DNA of 61,917 nt, filler included, from Choristocarpus tenellus KU-1152 (lineage: Eukaryota > Protista > Phaeophyceae), in assembly GCA_964200185.2 (NCBI GenBank). It is 7 parts of 7 records of this genome, joined end to end, with 100 filler letters (N's around TTAATTAATTAA, not from the genome) between each part and the next. Parts side by side here need not be neighbours in the genome. Positions count along the whole stretch, not along the records: positions 1 to 19,940 come from CAXNAD020000431.1; 6 more parts are not named here. One strand, written 5' to 3'. Below the pieces are notes generated by a model, which was not told where the DNA came from, ran no database searches, and worked only from the letters and a program-made list of their open reading frames with translations. Positions 1 through 14,500 of this stretch are shown piece by piece. A program made the translations under genes and the position numbers. Numbering within the stretch: the stretch's first letter is position 1; every line of letters begins with the position of its first letter.

Positions 1-1247
1 CACATAGCGTTGTTTTAAGGTCGTTGGATTTGAGTTGCATATCCTGTGGAGGTGAGTTCTGAGGGGCGCACTGTAACAGAAGTCCTTTGTCCCTGCACGG
101 AGCTGTTCCGGCGTCCGCTAGTACCCTTGCGTGAAACACCAGATACTTAATCTAGGAACTATCCCCACCCATGATCAGAAGGGCTACACAAATTACTATC
201 ATAGTTTGAGGTGTTTCTAGAAATTTCAATTTAGTTTTACATATATTCCGATCTAGTACTATATTTATTTCATGTAGTACATTTGTCTTCTAAGGTTCCT
301 TGATTATTTTTCATACTACATTCCTTACAAATTTCATTTTTCTCTAAACTTTACTACTCTACTACTTACTGTCTATGTTGATACTAGGACACCTACCCCT
401 GACCTGCTTGCTTCGTAATATAAGTTGCGAGTACTCTATTGCTCCTATGCTTTTGCCTCTCCTCTCAATAGTACCATGATAATAGTCCAATTATTCTTCG
501 TATATATATTTGTCCTTGTCGTGGTCATCCCCCCCCCTCCTTCGCCTCTCTTTCCAGCCCAATGATTTGCTTCTTCTTTTTCCCATCTTGTCCAATGGTG
601 GAAAGGTCGTTAAGAGAAGACTATAACACACTGCTTGAGAGGTACAAGGAGTATTTTGAAAGAACAGAGAAAAAATTGGAAATTGGCGAAGGGAGTCGCT
701 CAGTGTATGTGTTGTTTCGAAATTCCAAGACGATCAAGAGGTGTGTGACGGACTGCAACAAGCAAGAAAAATAACTTGACACACAACTCATCCATCCAAT
801 CCGAAAACAACAATCATCACGTGTCACACAAAGCAAACAAAAAGCGAAGGTGGGAAAAATGGGACTCGTGAATAATCCATCTAAACTAAGACATTGAATG
901 GGAAATAGCATCCAGCAGAGGGTGGAGGGGCCGTAGTTGTTTCCTGGCCACCTTACTTGGTGTTGCTGCTTTGACATGACGTGCATCAGCTATCTCAACG
1001 AACGGTGTACTCTGCCATGAAGCTTGTTTATGCTACCAACCACACCCTTGGACAACCTGTCTGTGTTGGTTGGTTGCCCTTGTGCTCCATCCCTCTGTCG
1101 TGATCCCAAACTCCTCAGGGTCATTTTCCAGGTACATCTATCGACAGTCCCCTTCTTCTGTCTGCTTCTGCCGTTCTCAGTCGGCATACTTCGCAAACAT
1201 CAACATTTTTGTCTAGAAGTCATTGTGTTATGTGATTGGTTCGTATG

Positions 1248-2273
1248 TCATGATATCTGTTGGGGATCATGTGCCTTTCGAGTTCTTTTCTTTCTAGGTG
1301 CACCGTTGTGGAATATACTCACACAAAGATTGCCCAGGTGAGTAGGTGACGCTGAAGTGAAAGGATGAAATATACAGAAGAGAAAAAAAGTATAATATGA
1401 ACTCCGATTTGTGTGATTGCAAGTTGCATGATCAATTAACTTTTCCGCCTCATTCCTAGCCTCAATCCTAAATCGAGCCAATGTTGAGAGGCACTTGCCT
1501 TTCCTTGCACCCAATGCCACACATGGGGTGAAAGAGTGTTCCTCAGGAAATATTTGACTTGGTTTGCACGTCGTACCTTTAGTAACTGGTGTTTGTTGAG
1601 CAGTCTGACACCGACTCCATGCAAGTCTTGAATGAAGTTGTATATTTCTTGGATGTCCTCTGGTGGACTTGATAGAGCCCGCAAATGTATATTGTCGCCT
1701 GTACACATATACAGTGCGTTTTGAAGGTGGAACAAACGTTGGAATACAAAATATTCACAGTGTGTTGTTGCATAATATCAGCATGACTTCCACTAAGTCC
1801 CACCAGAGGATATATCCGGGCCCATTTTGGGGCACCTTCATGTCTTGGTGTGGCTAGATACAATCATGAAGGCGTTTGCATATTGTCCTGGATAGCCTTT
1901 GGTGTAACTTGGTTGAGGTCAAATTGAAACTGTCTTGTGGGCATAGAAGAGGGGGGTGCAATGCATTGTGAAAGTGCAACAGACTTTGGACCACAAAATA
2001 TGTACTTTGACTCGTTGGCGTTAATAGTATTTTACCGTAGAACACTTCGAACATTAGTAGTACATTAGGAATAGAGCACTGACCAATAGGACCATTTTTG
2101 TGGAGGTTTAACCTTTCATTTTGTTCAGTATTGATGAACCTTATCAATTTGTCTATGGTACTGTTGTGGTGCTTGCTTTGTATGGGTGCACCATAAAAAT
2201 ACAATAACGCATATATGTACTCCAAATTATATTTCTTAACGTGAATAGTGCAGCTGACTGGCAGATGTAGCAA
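1248..2273 (-). mobile_element. Possible degenerate Helitron RepHel N-terminal remnant (frameshifted)
   Basis: Overlapping broken minus-strand ORFs. The segment MCTGDNIHLRALSSPPEDIQEIY...QVKYFLRNT resembles the Helitron motif CCxxGKIxLPxLxxPPxxLxxL...KxFLxNIR, and RSSYYTFFLFCIFHPFTS loosely resembles GPYTFRIxGQIYHxIGS. Motif similarity judged by eye only. Confidence 0.25.
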
Positions 2274-2485
2274 TGATACAATCTAGAAGCAGGTTGATTT
2301 CAAGGGTAGAACATGAAGTACAGATGATATATAGTGGGTGACAGTTTGTGCTTAAAATACTACATCTCAATGCTTTGCTTGTACTCGGAGTATATGCAGT
2401 TGTGTGACAACCTGCTTTGGTTGATTAGAACGACCTCCTTAACCTTACAACATCAGTACACTACTGTTCTACAAGCCACAACAGT

Positions 2486-2744
2486 GAGTCAAAGTATCTT
2501 AGAGGCTAGAGCCGCGTCCGTTTGACGTCCAGAATCCAATGTTGCGATTTTGATGTAATTTTGGCTATCGTGTTTGTTGGGAGATGTCAATATCCTTGTT
2601 CTAGACACACTTTTTCATAACATACACATTTTACCTACTCCGAAACATTTTGGAGTAGGTAGAATGTTATTTAAAACCCATGGGAAGCCAAGCCTCAAAT
2701 GGACAAACAGGGAAAAAATTGTACCCTCTAAGATAATTCCGCTC
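2486..2744 (+). mobile_element. MITE family A copy 1 (~258 bp, TIR GAGTCAAAGTATCTTAGAGGGTA...TACCCTCTAAGATACTTTCACTC)
   Basis: Terminal inverted repeats; similar copies at 4649, 5825, 7916, 24108, 29015, 58142; flanked by AGT/AGT. Confidence 0.9.
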
Positions 2745-4648
2745 AGTATCACACACAAGTGTTGGAGAATGAAATATTGAAAGCATATCCATGTTGATCC
2801 AATATCAGGGAAAGGGATACCTGACTAGCAGAAGATAGGTCTCCCCCAACAAGATGGATCATCACTTCAACTCTCAGTTTCTCCAAACACATTGATCATT
2901 ATAAGTGAGCGTCAAACATACTCAATACTTCACCACCCATGTGAGACAAACGTGGTGACTCAGAGTTAGATTTTATTCTTTCTATTTATTACAGGACAAA
3001 TAACCCTGATATCTTGTTTTAGAGTTTGAAGGTGTCGCTCCCTTGTGAGACTTCGCCCTCACTCTGCTACATCCACAACTTACTTTACAGAGTAGCAAGT
3101 CTCTACCTAGACCATGCACCACTATTCTGGACTATGGCACTGAATACAGTATATCCAAACAAGCCTCTCCACAGAGTACCCCACAAGACTCATCGCACTA
3201 AGTTCATGAGTGCTTCAGTGCACTGGGTCAACTCTTCGCAGTACAAGACTTCAAGGCTCTACACACAGACACAGGTCCCTTCACCAGAATCAACAATTCA
3301 AGATGTTAACACCCCGCAGCGCATGTCTTGATTGCCGGGCAACTCTATAATCAAGGGTCAGCTTCAAGCACCGCACACCAGTTTTGAGATGGATTTGCCA
3401 TCACCCTCGCCCGCCTTCTGTAAAGGAGTAGGAGGGCGAGAAAAGCTCTGCCTCGGTGGGAGGGGTGCCAGAGACACTTGAGGCAAGGTTTCGTCCCCAT
3501 TGCTGCCTTGTAGGGAGAAGAGGAGTGGAAGTACAACCAGGTCATCAAAAGAGTGTGTATAGTACGGTGTTGGGGAAATTTGATTCAGAGGTCCCATTTG
3601 CTAGGGGAGAGCGTGACAATCGCATACTTTCCGCTATCTGTAGTTGGTTCAAAGTATTTTGAACTTCCAAGAATATTATCTGTGTGGTTTCTTCCACAAT
3701 CACAAGTGTGGTGGGTTTTGTGGTGTGAAGAGAGCTCCAGGACAAAAGGGAGCACCATCCTACTCTCTTCCTATCTATATCAGATAGAAGAGGTTTTGAA
3801 CATTGGAGGACAGTCGTACATTTCAAAGCATCGTGCTGTCTAGAAGGTCAGGAAAACTTCTTGAGGTTTCCCAGTGGATTGACGGGGGATAAGAACAGAC
3901 TTCTATCCCAAGAAACAGTTCTTTTGGGGTGGTTTATGTTTGTGTATCCCCAGTGTGATATACTTGTAATTTGGTTTGTAGCACAGCTTGTACTCGCATT
4001 TCTTTGACTTGGGTCGAAGACTTCAACCTCATGCATCTGTTGTACATAAATAAGTTGTTCCTTTGCTTGTCTCCTGTCCCCCATGCAGCTAGCTGTTGTT
4101 CCAGGAGGAAGCAAGACACTTCCTGGCCAGAGGGCAGTGTGGTTTGTTCAGAGTTGATACGGTACATTCATGTGCTAGTATGCAGGAGAACATTGGTCAA
4201 ACGTGGTGTGTATCTTCTAGTGGTACTGAGCACTTCTTAGGACGCTTCTTGAGGGGTTCACTCCAAATACTAAATCATCACAATACATGTCATTGCTGGA
4301 CCGCTTGAAAGATGTGAGTTACTTCTTGGAGAATTTGAATAGCATCAATTATATGTCGTTTGTCCAATTCTTGCCAGTCTTGTTGTGCTTCCGCAAAATA
4401 TCAGCGGGGTGTACTTTTCATAAATGGTAATTTCTCCATCTGTCGATAGAGCCTTAAAACACATCAAGGGGCTTGTGACGACCCCGAGCGACAACATCAT
4501 TTGTATTTCTGCTCCCTACCCCAAACAGGTAATGGAGGGTGGATATGTGGCTTTCCTTGGGGAGAGATTGCCTTAACTCGACGTACAGTTACAGATCACT
4601 ACCTAGTTCTACGCTACCTTGGTAAAGATCAACTGTGGACAGGGTTAC

Positions 4649-4904
4649 GAGTAAAAGTATCCTAGAGGGTACGAATTTTTCCCTGTTTGTCCATTTGGGG
4701 CTTGGCTTCCCTCGGGGTTTTTCATGACATTTTTCTTGTCCAAAATATTTCGGAGAAGGTAAAATGTGTATGTTATGAAAAGGTGTGTCCTGAACAAGGA
4801 TATTGACACTTTGTAACAAACATGATAGCTCAAACATCAAAATCACAACATTGGATTTTGGTCCCCAAATGGACATGGCTCTACCCTCTGAGGTACTTTG
4901 GCTC
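4649..4904 (-). mobile_element. MITE family A copy 2
   Basis: Reverse-complement copy of 2486-2744 with both TIRs; flanks TTAC/TTAT. Confidence 0.9.
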
Positions 4905-4987
4905 TTATGTCACGTAGACCACGTTCCACTTCATCTTGAGCTCCATTTCCCCCTGTCGAGTCCCGTTCACCTCAAGGGTGGAATTCC

Positions 4988-6573
4988 CTACAGATCAGCT
5001 TCTGCGCTAGAATCTGTCATGTCTCCACATGATGAGACCTCCACATCAGATGATTCTGGAGATCCATTATTTTTTTGCAACCCATTTCTTCTACTGGGAT
5101 GTTGAAGATCCTTTGCGAAGGCAGGTGTACCTGTCCCTCTCTTCTCAGAAGCGTGCCTTGCAATTGACGAGGGAAGGTAGGCACTTTTTATTGCTGGGAT
5201 GGAAAGTTGTGGTAGACTACGACCTCCTGATTGGAGTACAAGGGCATCATCGTTCCCATGACTACATGTACTTATTTTCTTCCCCTCACGACCTGATGAT
5301 TTGGCAGGGGCAGATGCAATACGTCTATTGGTCATATTGCTACTTTCTAATGCTGTTTCTTCCTCAAACTCGACCCTCTTGGTGCCTGCACTAGAAGATC
5401 TGCGACGAGTTTCTCTGAGGATGGTCGTCTGCTTTTCCGCCTGCCTCCCCTCCTCTCCCATCCTGTCCTTGCCTCCATCGTACCTAACATTGTTGCTATT
5501 GCCACTCCAAGTTTTCCCATGTGCGGAAGAGCAGCAGTCTGGTTCTCTGCCACTACAAATAGGGATATCTGTATCGTCTAAGGGTAGCCTGGCTAGTTTC
5601 CCAGTCCTGAGGTAGGGGTGTCTGACAACAGTGATCTTGGTAGTACGGATCATCCCTGATTTATTTCGAGCAGCACCCGCCTTTGAAGTTTGGTGAGTTC
5701 TCTCCTCCTGGGTCTGAGAAGTTGTCCTTGTAGGAACAAACCCAGTACATGCAAACAATGGCAGTTCCACTCATGGTCATTCACTGTTGTAGGATGATGA
5801 ATTATATGCTCTTGGCAGGGATCAGAATCAAATTATCTTAGAGGGTAGAGCTGCGTCCATTTGGGAGTCAAAATCCAATGTTGCGATATTGATTTATTTT
5901 TTGCTATCATATTTGTTAGGAAGTGTCAATATCCTTGTTCCGGATACACCTTTTCATAATGTATACATTATACCTACTCCAAAACATTTCGGAGTAGGAA
6001 AATGTCTTAAAGAACCCGTGGGAAGCCAAGCCCCAAATGGACAAACTGGTCAAAAATCGTATCCTCTAAGATACTTTCACTCATCATCATGTCTTCCGAA
6101 CCCTAGTGTTCAAGGTTTAATCAAAAGGCATCGCTTGCTTCCTCCCTCAGTAGATGCAGCTTGAGGAGGTGGTGTTTGACTACTGTAAGCCTTGGAAACT
6201 GACTAGGTGTATAGTGTGGGACAACTGATGTCAGAGATTCTCTTTGATTGTAGGGACTACTCCAGAGTAAGAAAATGTATTTATAGGAGTTGATTTCAAG
6301 AGCTAGAGCTCTGTCATGTAGCAGTTAGAGGGTTTGCTGCCATGGGCTAGAGTGCGTTCTTGATGGGATGTATATAACACAATCCTTGAGTCGAGAATAA
6401 ACATACCCTAATGTCCATATAGCAATCATGACCATGACTCTGAATCAGTAGGTCATGATCTATTGACAAGGCAATCGTTAATCTGACCTCATTTGATTCA
6501 TTACCACAGCAGAACTAGTGACCCTAACCACTGCATCCTCCTTCAGCCTCTCCCTACGCCTCTCCAGGAGCTC
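4988..6573 (-). CDS. Probable downstream exons of the EF-hand/ankyrin/FN3 gene (coiled-coil exon ~6505-6573 ELLERRRERLKEDAV; long low-complexity exon within 4988-5770)
   Basis: A cag acceptor at 6574-6576 gives a phase-0 continuation of the charged helix ending QQKAQ at 8943. A 260-codon hydrophilic ORF lies at 4988-5770 on the same strand. The joins were not fully resolved. Confidence 0.4.
5825..6082 (+). mobile_element. MITE family A copy 3
   Basis: Both TIRs present; flanks ATCA/ATCA. Confidence 0.9.
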
Positions 6574-7915
6574 CTGTGTAGTGCAAACAAAGTGTTGAGT
6601 GGATCAGAGTGCAACATAAAGTTCAGACTGCACTGGGACTGCAAGCCTAAGAAAGCAAAGGAAGAGTCTATGGTATCCATGTATATGACCCTACAAAATA
6701 TAAAAAAATAATTGTTGCGAGGTGCATGTATGGGTCATGTTTTTTGTGATTGTGATTTACTGATGAGAAGTGAATAAGAATACAATGTCCCTCTCTTGAA
6801 ATTTGGGGTTGTTCCTCCAGGCTTACGGCACCAATAACCAAAACCTTGTGGTTTTCTGACAACTGATCTATTGTAAGGTCTTACCAAGTACCGCGTACAT
6901 GTGTACCTTAGGATGTAGGACCAAGTCTTAGGTGATTGTTTTAGTTTTGATCAAGCCAAGTCTAACTGAGAGACATAATCAGTTACATTAAAAGGATCAG
7001 TAGAACTGTACAAAGAAATATATGTATGTATATATATGCCGTTTAATACATTGCAAAAGGGATCTTTGTTCGACTGTGGCCAGCTGTTTTCTCAGTCTCT
7101 CTTCTGGAATGACGCTTTCATTTTAAGAAGCTTCTACTGCTGTGTGTACGTAAAACATGAGAATAGGGTGTATTCCACTGGGGTTAAAAAAATGGGTATA
7201 TGATGTAAACGACCAGAATGTACTCACCTCTCAGTTGGTGTGACTCATCAGTGACAGTAGGAGCTCTACGATTTGTGTTGGGAGCACAAACTATAACTTT
7301 TCCTACAACTTTGCTGGAAGTAGGAGGTGGTTGTGTACTACTTATATGTGCACTGAAAATAAAGAAGTACGAAAAATATAAGGCAGAGCTCAACAACATA
7401 GGCACATTTGATTGGTCGATTCTTCCTCATTGAGTGTGCACAGTGGTGTGATCGAACCTATGATTATGGGAAGTGGGAATTGCTGTGAGATCACTTTGAA
7501 AGAACTATGTTCTAAATGTTGTTGCAGTTTGTGTTTTAGAATATATACCTATTTCGCATTGAATCACGGAGATTTTGTTGTTGTTGTGAAATGCTTCCAT
7601 TCTAGATAGTATATTCGCATTCATCACGCTGACGGTGTAATTGTTCTTCTCTGCAGTAAGGGAGAGATAGACGTACATCAAACTGATTGTATCACTGTTT
7701 GGATGTTGTGTAAGATGTGCTTGGAGACTTATTGCACAGTGTCAGACATATAATCCCAGTGCTCATCAAGGTGCCCAACCTGGATCCATCTTTCTTTCAT
7801 ACATATACCAAAAAGCAAACAACAGAAGCATGGATCTATCTTGCCTGCAGTGCAACCAGGAACATGTTTGGGGGGATCTACCATAGATTAGGAGTCAGGC
7901 ACGGTACAATCCAGA

Positions 7916-8179
7916 GAGTCAAAGTATCTTAGAGAGTAGAGCTGTGTCCATTTGGGGTCCAAAATACAATGTTGCGATGTTGATGTAATTTTGGCTATCA
8001 TGTTTGTTAGGAAGTTTCAATATCCTTGTTCCGGACACACCTTTTCATAACGTACACATTTTACCTACTCTGAAACATTTTGGAGTTGGAAAATGTCATA
8101 AAAAGAGATCATGGGAAGTCAAGCCCCAAATGGACAAACAGGGAAAAACTCGTACCCTAACCCTAAGATGCTTTCACTT
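7916..8179 (+). mobile_element. MITE family A copy 4
   Basis: Full-length copy; right TIR reads TACCCTAACCCTAAGAT instead of TACCCTCTAAGAT. Confidence 0.88.
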
Positions 8180-8942
8180 GGACACTTGTTTTCCTTGGCA
8201 AATCAACGATCCTACTCTGCACAGTAGAGCCAATGCTCTTTTCCCACTTCAATCCTCCTATCATTTTTGTCACAACCACTCTTCCCCCATCTATAGGCTC
8301 GCTGATAAGTATGTCTGCATGTGCAGTGTATGCCAACATGTCTATCCTTACTACTCTGGAGTACATGTATAGGAAGGCGTGTTTGAGGGGAAAGAGAGAG
8401 AAAGGACATGAACAAAAATATATCAGCGTGCTAGGGAGAAAGGTGAGAGTCAATGTGGCAGCATGCCCTTTCCATGAGGCACATTGGTGGGGCTGTTCTG
8501 TACATAAATGTATGTAGGAGGGACCTACAGGAAGGTGCTGATAGAAAGAGACAAGGTCTATTACTATTGACACTATGACAGTGCAGTTCATGTATCAATA
8601 TCATAGTGGTGATTGAGGTCAAAAATAATACCACTGGGTAAACATTTTTTGTCGTTGTTGCAGTATATACACCACTGGAATAAGCATAAGCACTTGCTGC
8701 TAAGCTATATTGTGCTTGCACAAGTGTTGAAACATCTTGCCAAGAAGTCAGGAATAGAGGAAGTGAGTGGTTGAGTTGGGTGCGCCCAGCCTTGCTCGAA
8801 GCAGTACACTACACATTTTGATGTGACTATCAGTAGCAAGATCTGACTAATACCAGCACCTCCACTAAACACCAAGTGTCAACATAGTCGCGTCTTCTCT
8901 TTCAGACACAGTTTCTCTTGCTTTTGCAAAGTCTGCTACTAC

Positions 8943-11526
8943 CTGTGCCTTTTGTTGCTGCTCCTCCTGCACCCGCTGCTGCTCCTCAGCCAACCACTTT
9001 CTCTTATCTCTTGCTCTCTCCTGCCTTTCCCGACCCTTGTTGGAAAGAGCCGATCCTAAATTCGACCCCTTCAACCCCCTTCCTGCAGCGGGTTGCTGGC
9101 TGGGTGGACCATTGACCTCTCCTTGCAACTTTTCTACGATGGAAGGGGGAAACGGTCGAGGGTAGTGAGAGAGAGAGAGAAAGAGAGGGAGAGAGAGTGG
9201 GTGAGGGGCAGGTGGACAAAATATATTTGGGGTAGGGGTCGGCAAGAGGGGAAAAGTTAGAATGGAGGAGGGATCAACTGTGTCTCAAGGGATGCCCCTC
9301 AGTGGAGGGACTGTGATATGCTGGGGGGGCTTACAAGACGTCTAGACTCTCATATTCACAGCATCTTAATGTTACATATGGGTGTCAGCCATCCCCCCCA
9401 GGTGTGATATTCTATCAAGCGGTCTCATGACATGTACACATCTCACCACCTGACCCAGTTGTACTGGGATTGGAGAGAGTTTGTGCTTTTTCGGACAGCT
9501 CGCTGTATGGGCCATAACCAAGGGCATTTACCCCAGCCACCTATTGGTGTGCAGAAGCAGAATGACAACGACCAGAGCCATGTCTTATTCTCCTGTAATC
9601 TCTTTGGTTGTGTAGTTAGGAAGGTGACTGATATCGCAGCTAGAGTTAGAGCGAGCTAAGGATAGGGGGAGAGGGAGAGGGGTGAACTGAAACCAAAGCA
9701 GTTGTTAAATATTTAAAAGCGATGTTTTACAGTTGAACAAAACACTTCTTGCTTGGCCTGTGTGTTCATTTTCTAGTATTTCCACAAATGAGAACCCTCT
9801 GAATGACAAGTGCAGTGAAGTTGGCCAATAGAATTAGCCCAATGATCAACACCTCAATGCTGCAACTCAGACATAATCCCTTGTATTATCTTCAACAGAG
9901 ACAAGGCGGACATGTTTTTCATGGTAAGGTCAGCAGAGCTGACATGGTGTTGAATATATAAGCACATCGATAAAAATACTACTGCTGGAAGTACCAAGTC
10001 TTTATCATGGTGGATTTACCCCATACTGCCTGTGTGTCTGGAGGTATGACTTCATTGATGATGAAATAAGTTATAATCGTGTATACTCGTTGGCACAACC
10101 TACTGGGAATGCTCACATTTTATGAGAAACCCCAGATCTGGCTCTCCTGTTTGTTCTTATTGACTTCAATCACAACAGTGGCCAGCCTTTTGTATCAGAT
10201 CCATATCAATACAGTATGGAGATCGTTTTTATGAGGTATATATATATATTTTTTTTTTGTAGGTATGATATAAGCCCTCCAGGGTATCACTACTTCAAGT
10301 TAGGGCTATACCCCTATGATGCAATAGATGTCCAACTTGCAAATGAAACCGACTGTTTCTTGATTTTTTTTAACAGTGAAAAGAGCCTTTCACCACAACA
10401 TTTTCCCCTTTTTGTGTAGAAATTCATAGTTGCCTGATTCGGGACATGTACTGGAGAGGTCTAAGGGATTTTGATCATACCACCTTGCAAAGGAAGCAAT
10501 GTTTGCACCATACCCGTTGAGAGGGAGTTTTGAAGCATCGAAATTACCGCATATTTGGAAAAAAGTGTTTTTGGACTACCCTTCCAGCTAAGAAACTGCC
10601 AAGTCCTCATTTCGAGTCCTGGGGAACATCTCTGTTTCACCTGAACCCTGTACGATGTATTGGGTTTGAGCCCTGTAACCTTCACTGCTGTTTTCATTCC
10701 CACAGGAACCAGCAGGAGCTCCACCAATCCGCTGTCTACCTTCCTCCTGTCAGGTCCGTTCACTATGCCATCCTGGTCTTGTTTGTTATGTCCTCCCTGA
10801 TCATCACCAAGAATTACTTTTACCTTGTACTTCGCGATAGGGAGGCAGTCTTGAGCAGGTTCAATAGGGACGATTTTCACCTATTTCAGACCAAGTTGGT
10901 GAGCAGGAGAAGGAGGTAGTGAGCAACAAAGGGACTGTCTCATAGCAAGGTAGGCACAACTGTAATTTGATGGTATTCATGTGCTTTTTTGAACTGGAGA
11001 GATTTTGCTTGAGGTTTCATCCCTTGGTGATGGACTGAGCACTTTCTATCGAGACATCTCCCCACCCTTTCAGTATAGCTCCTGAACGTCTACGGGCATG
11101 GTCGCGAAGAATTAGACTTGACCATGATTACTTGGACCACATAGATAAAATCCATACATTAGGTCCCAATAAGACCATGTCAAATGATTGGTCATGCTCT
11201 CACAGTTTACTGGATGCCAAAAAAAAATTTGGAAATCGTTTGCTTGTGTCCATGGTGCACTTGACATGGATTCGAAATTCTACTGGGTGCTACAAGCAAG
11301 CAACGGCAAGGTGGTGGGCTTGCCTGGGTGATTTCTTGGTTCGGTGCGAAGCGGAAGTCTTTTTGTGCACAATGGCACACACATGTGATACACATGTCGT
11401 ATACCAACGGAACTATTTCTTCAGTTTAGAGTTCACATTGGAGGATTTGAAGCATTGCAATAGTGTGGCAAGTAGCATGCTGTGGGCAGTGGGCAGTTCA
11501 CACATGGGTTTTGCGCAGTCATGTGT

Positions 11527-11562
<36 letters not shown>

Positions 11563-14500
11563 TGTATGCGTGTGAACCTGCATCACTGACCCTTGCACAC
11601 CACAAGTGTTCTACCTGAAAGGAGGATGGCCACAGCTTCTACAGTGTTTAGTTCTGATTTGAAAGGTTCAAATTATCCGTGTGTGGGAGCGGGTCTACAC
11701 CAGGGTGTCCATTGGGCCCTGACCAGGAAAAGTGCACTCACATTATCCATCTGACCCATGCAACCACATCACTCAAAATATGCAACATGGAAAAATTGGC
11801 CCCAAATGGACAGCCGCTACCCCCCGCCCCTCAGATACTTTGAGAAAAAATAACTGATATTTTTTTTGTTGCTCAAACTTAGCTGTGATCTTGATGTGGG
11901 AGAGGAGGATATCTCAAGGAAGTGATTCACCTCAAGACAATTCCAAGTGCACAAAACATAGACCCCTTGGTGCAGGTGTTGACTGAAATATGAGAAAGGG
12001 AGAAAATGAGAAAGATCTGTAAAGGAAAGGAAGACTTCTCCAAAAATTTACCCTCTCCCTCTCTACACTATCTTTTGCACAACCCTCCCTATAACCAGAT
12101 CTCGCTTTTACCACAATAATATACCCACGTGCAGGGTAGTCTTCCCCAGCCTTGTCACTAAGGGTGGTGCTGGGGGAGCGGGTGGCCTGGACATTTCCCT
12201 CTTGGTCCTCATTTCATTCAGAATATCGGGATATAAGTCAGCTGCAATATCTGCTGCACACAATCCCTCCACCTCTTCACAAGTAGCTGGATTTCCACCC
12301 TGAGCAAGTCTCATTGGGGATATTGGGGAAGGAAATCAAGTCGATGTGCTGGAGAATGTGGGGGAGACAAAGTGAACAGGGGATGAGTGCATAGAGGGGA
12401 AGACAATATTGAGGGTATTGGGGCTGTGGGGAAGGGGACCGAATTAGTGTGTGAGGCTGATGTCAACAATTTCATTCACTCCAGTATGTGTGCCAGGTAC
12501 GGAATCTAACTGCCAAGAACGAGGAGAGATATTAACAAGCCGCTATGCTACTATTAACCTAGAATTGAGAATTATCTCTCAAGAATGTAGTGGTGATGCT
12601 TGGGAAGCTGACCTGTTGTCAGCCTCCAACATGCCCGCCCCACCTCAGCATCAACATCCGGAATTAAACCCAAGGGGATATATATTACCAGGGCTGGACT
12701 TTCAGATAGTTCTTTCTCATCCACATACATCACCTAACCATTACAGACTTGGAGGAGATTTTATTCGTCTTAGCTAGATTTACATATTGAGTCCGGTTGA
12801 TACTGAAATGATAGGGTCAATACCAACTGCCTGCTACATATTAAAAACATATATTTGGGTACACTGTGGTGTTTTTATTTATTTTTTTCTCGAATGGGTT
12901 GCAGGGTTTGTAATCTAATTTGTACACATGTTCACATTGATAAAATTGTTGTTAATCCTACCCAAGATATCAATGTTATAGATTGCTGCTGCTGTGCAAG
13001 GTATACTTATGACCTACACCTTACCCTACTGCTAAAGCTCATGCCTAGGAAGTAGGAGCAAACAGTACTTGGCAGAACTATACTAGAACTTGAGTCAGCT
13101 CTCAGGGTTTGGTAGAGAGCTATACTCAATGACTGTGGTGCTGGAGTGTTGGGCTGTTGTGTAGCAATGCGTTTGGAGTATTTCAAACAGCATCTGAGGC
13201 TCATTGTGGTGATAGTACCTATAATGATGGTAGCCACATGTTAGTACAATGTTTCAACATTACACAATGGTGCTACAGAGCTCTGGAGGAACTTGAGCAT
13301 TGCCACAGAGGAAGGAGCAAAGAAAGTATCATCAAGTGCCCCAAAGCAATAGAGTATACTACTGCCTACGACACTCTCCGATTGTGTATATCTGGTATAG
13401 GATGTACTACGGAGTGCTACAGAGCAGTACAGCTTGCCACAATTCAGCTACAGAATTCTGTAGGGTTACATGGGGTATACTACCTCGCTACAGAGCAATA
13501 CAGAATGATATGGTGATACTGAATATCTATTATCCATCAATCGCTCAAAGCAGACCTATTGGATTTTGATATCCATCTCATTAACAATGGATACATGAGA
13601 AGCAGTAGAAGGTGGTGGCAGCAGACCTCGTAGTCCTTTTCCTCTGAAGGATTCATCTGGAGTAGGTCTGGGTGCAATGCTTCAGTAAATTATATACAAA
13701 CATTAGAATCAGCCAGATAGGCAAACAATTAATAAGAGAAGATCCCCCAAACAGTTACTGCTTCTACTCTACTCTGTCCTACAAAATGCATACCAAGCAT
13801 GGTGCTGGGCTCACCAGATCCAACAGGTATCGAACCACCTCCACCTGACCCTGCTGAGCAGCCAGGAAGAGAGCAGTAACCCCATTGTTCCCAGTGGCTC
13901 GAATCTTGGCTCCTGACATGAGCAACTCCCGGCAAATATCAAGATGGCCCCGGTAGGAGGCATAGTGCAGGGGGCGATAAGCACAGCCAAACTCGGTATT
14001 GTCTGGGGCATTGCTGAGTTCTGCATTGAAGGCAAGGAATTCCTGGCGAGGTTCAAAGACAAGGTGCTTAGGGGGAGTGGCACGATACATAACTTTGGGG
14101 TTTCACCCTTGACATCAAGTTTGTGGGGTGTGCCTAGAAATACTGACGCAGTGAGGTTCGATATGGCTGCTGTGTGACACCATTCTAGTTAAAAATAAAT
14201 AATTAACTACAGAGTGTGCTTACTTTCCGTGGATGTGGATTTCTACCTACCCCTGCTTGAGCTGCTGTGAATCAACTCTAGTAGAAATCACTACATTGAA
14301 GCATACCCTCCCAGGAGGCCCCTTACTCCCTTCACCTACCCTACCTTCACAAGGCTCACGTCGCCTTCCCAGGCTGCAGTGTGGATGTCTGTGCCTGCGC
14401 GCCTCCTGACCATTGCGGCTTGAGTAGTCAACTTTTCCACCAGCTTCCTTTCACTCCTCTCACCGACTGAGTGTTGGACCCACCAGTGAACAAACTTTTC

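Noticed and set aside
2574-2780. Family of similar short ORFs (MLGxVNILVxDTxFHN...) at 2574, 4589, 5889, 8004, 24197, 28975
   Set aside because: They are translations of MITE A copies with inconsistent frames and ends, not a protein family.
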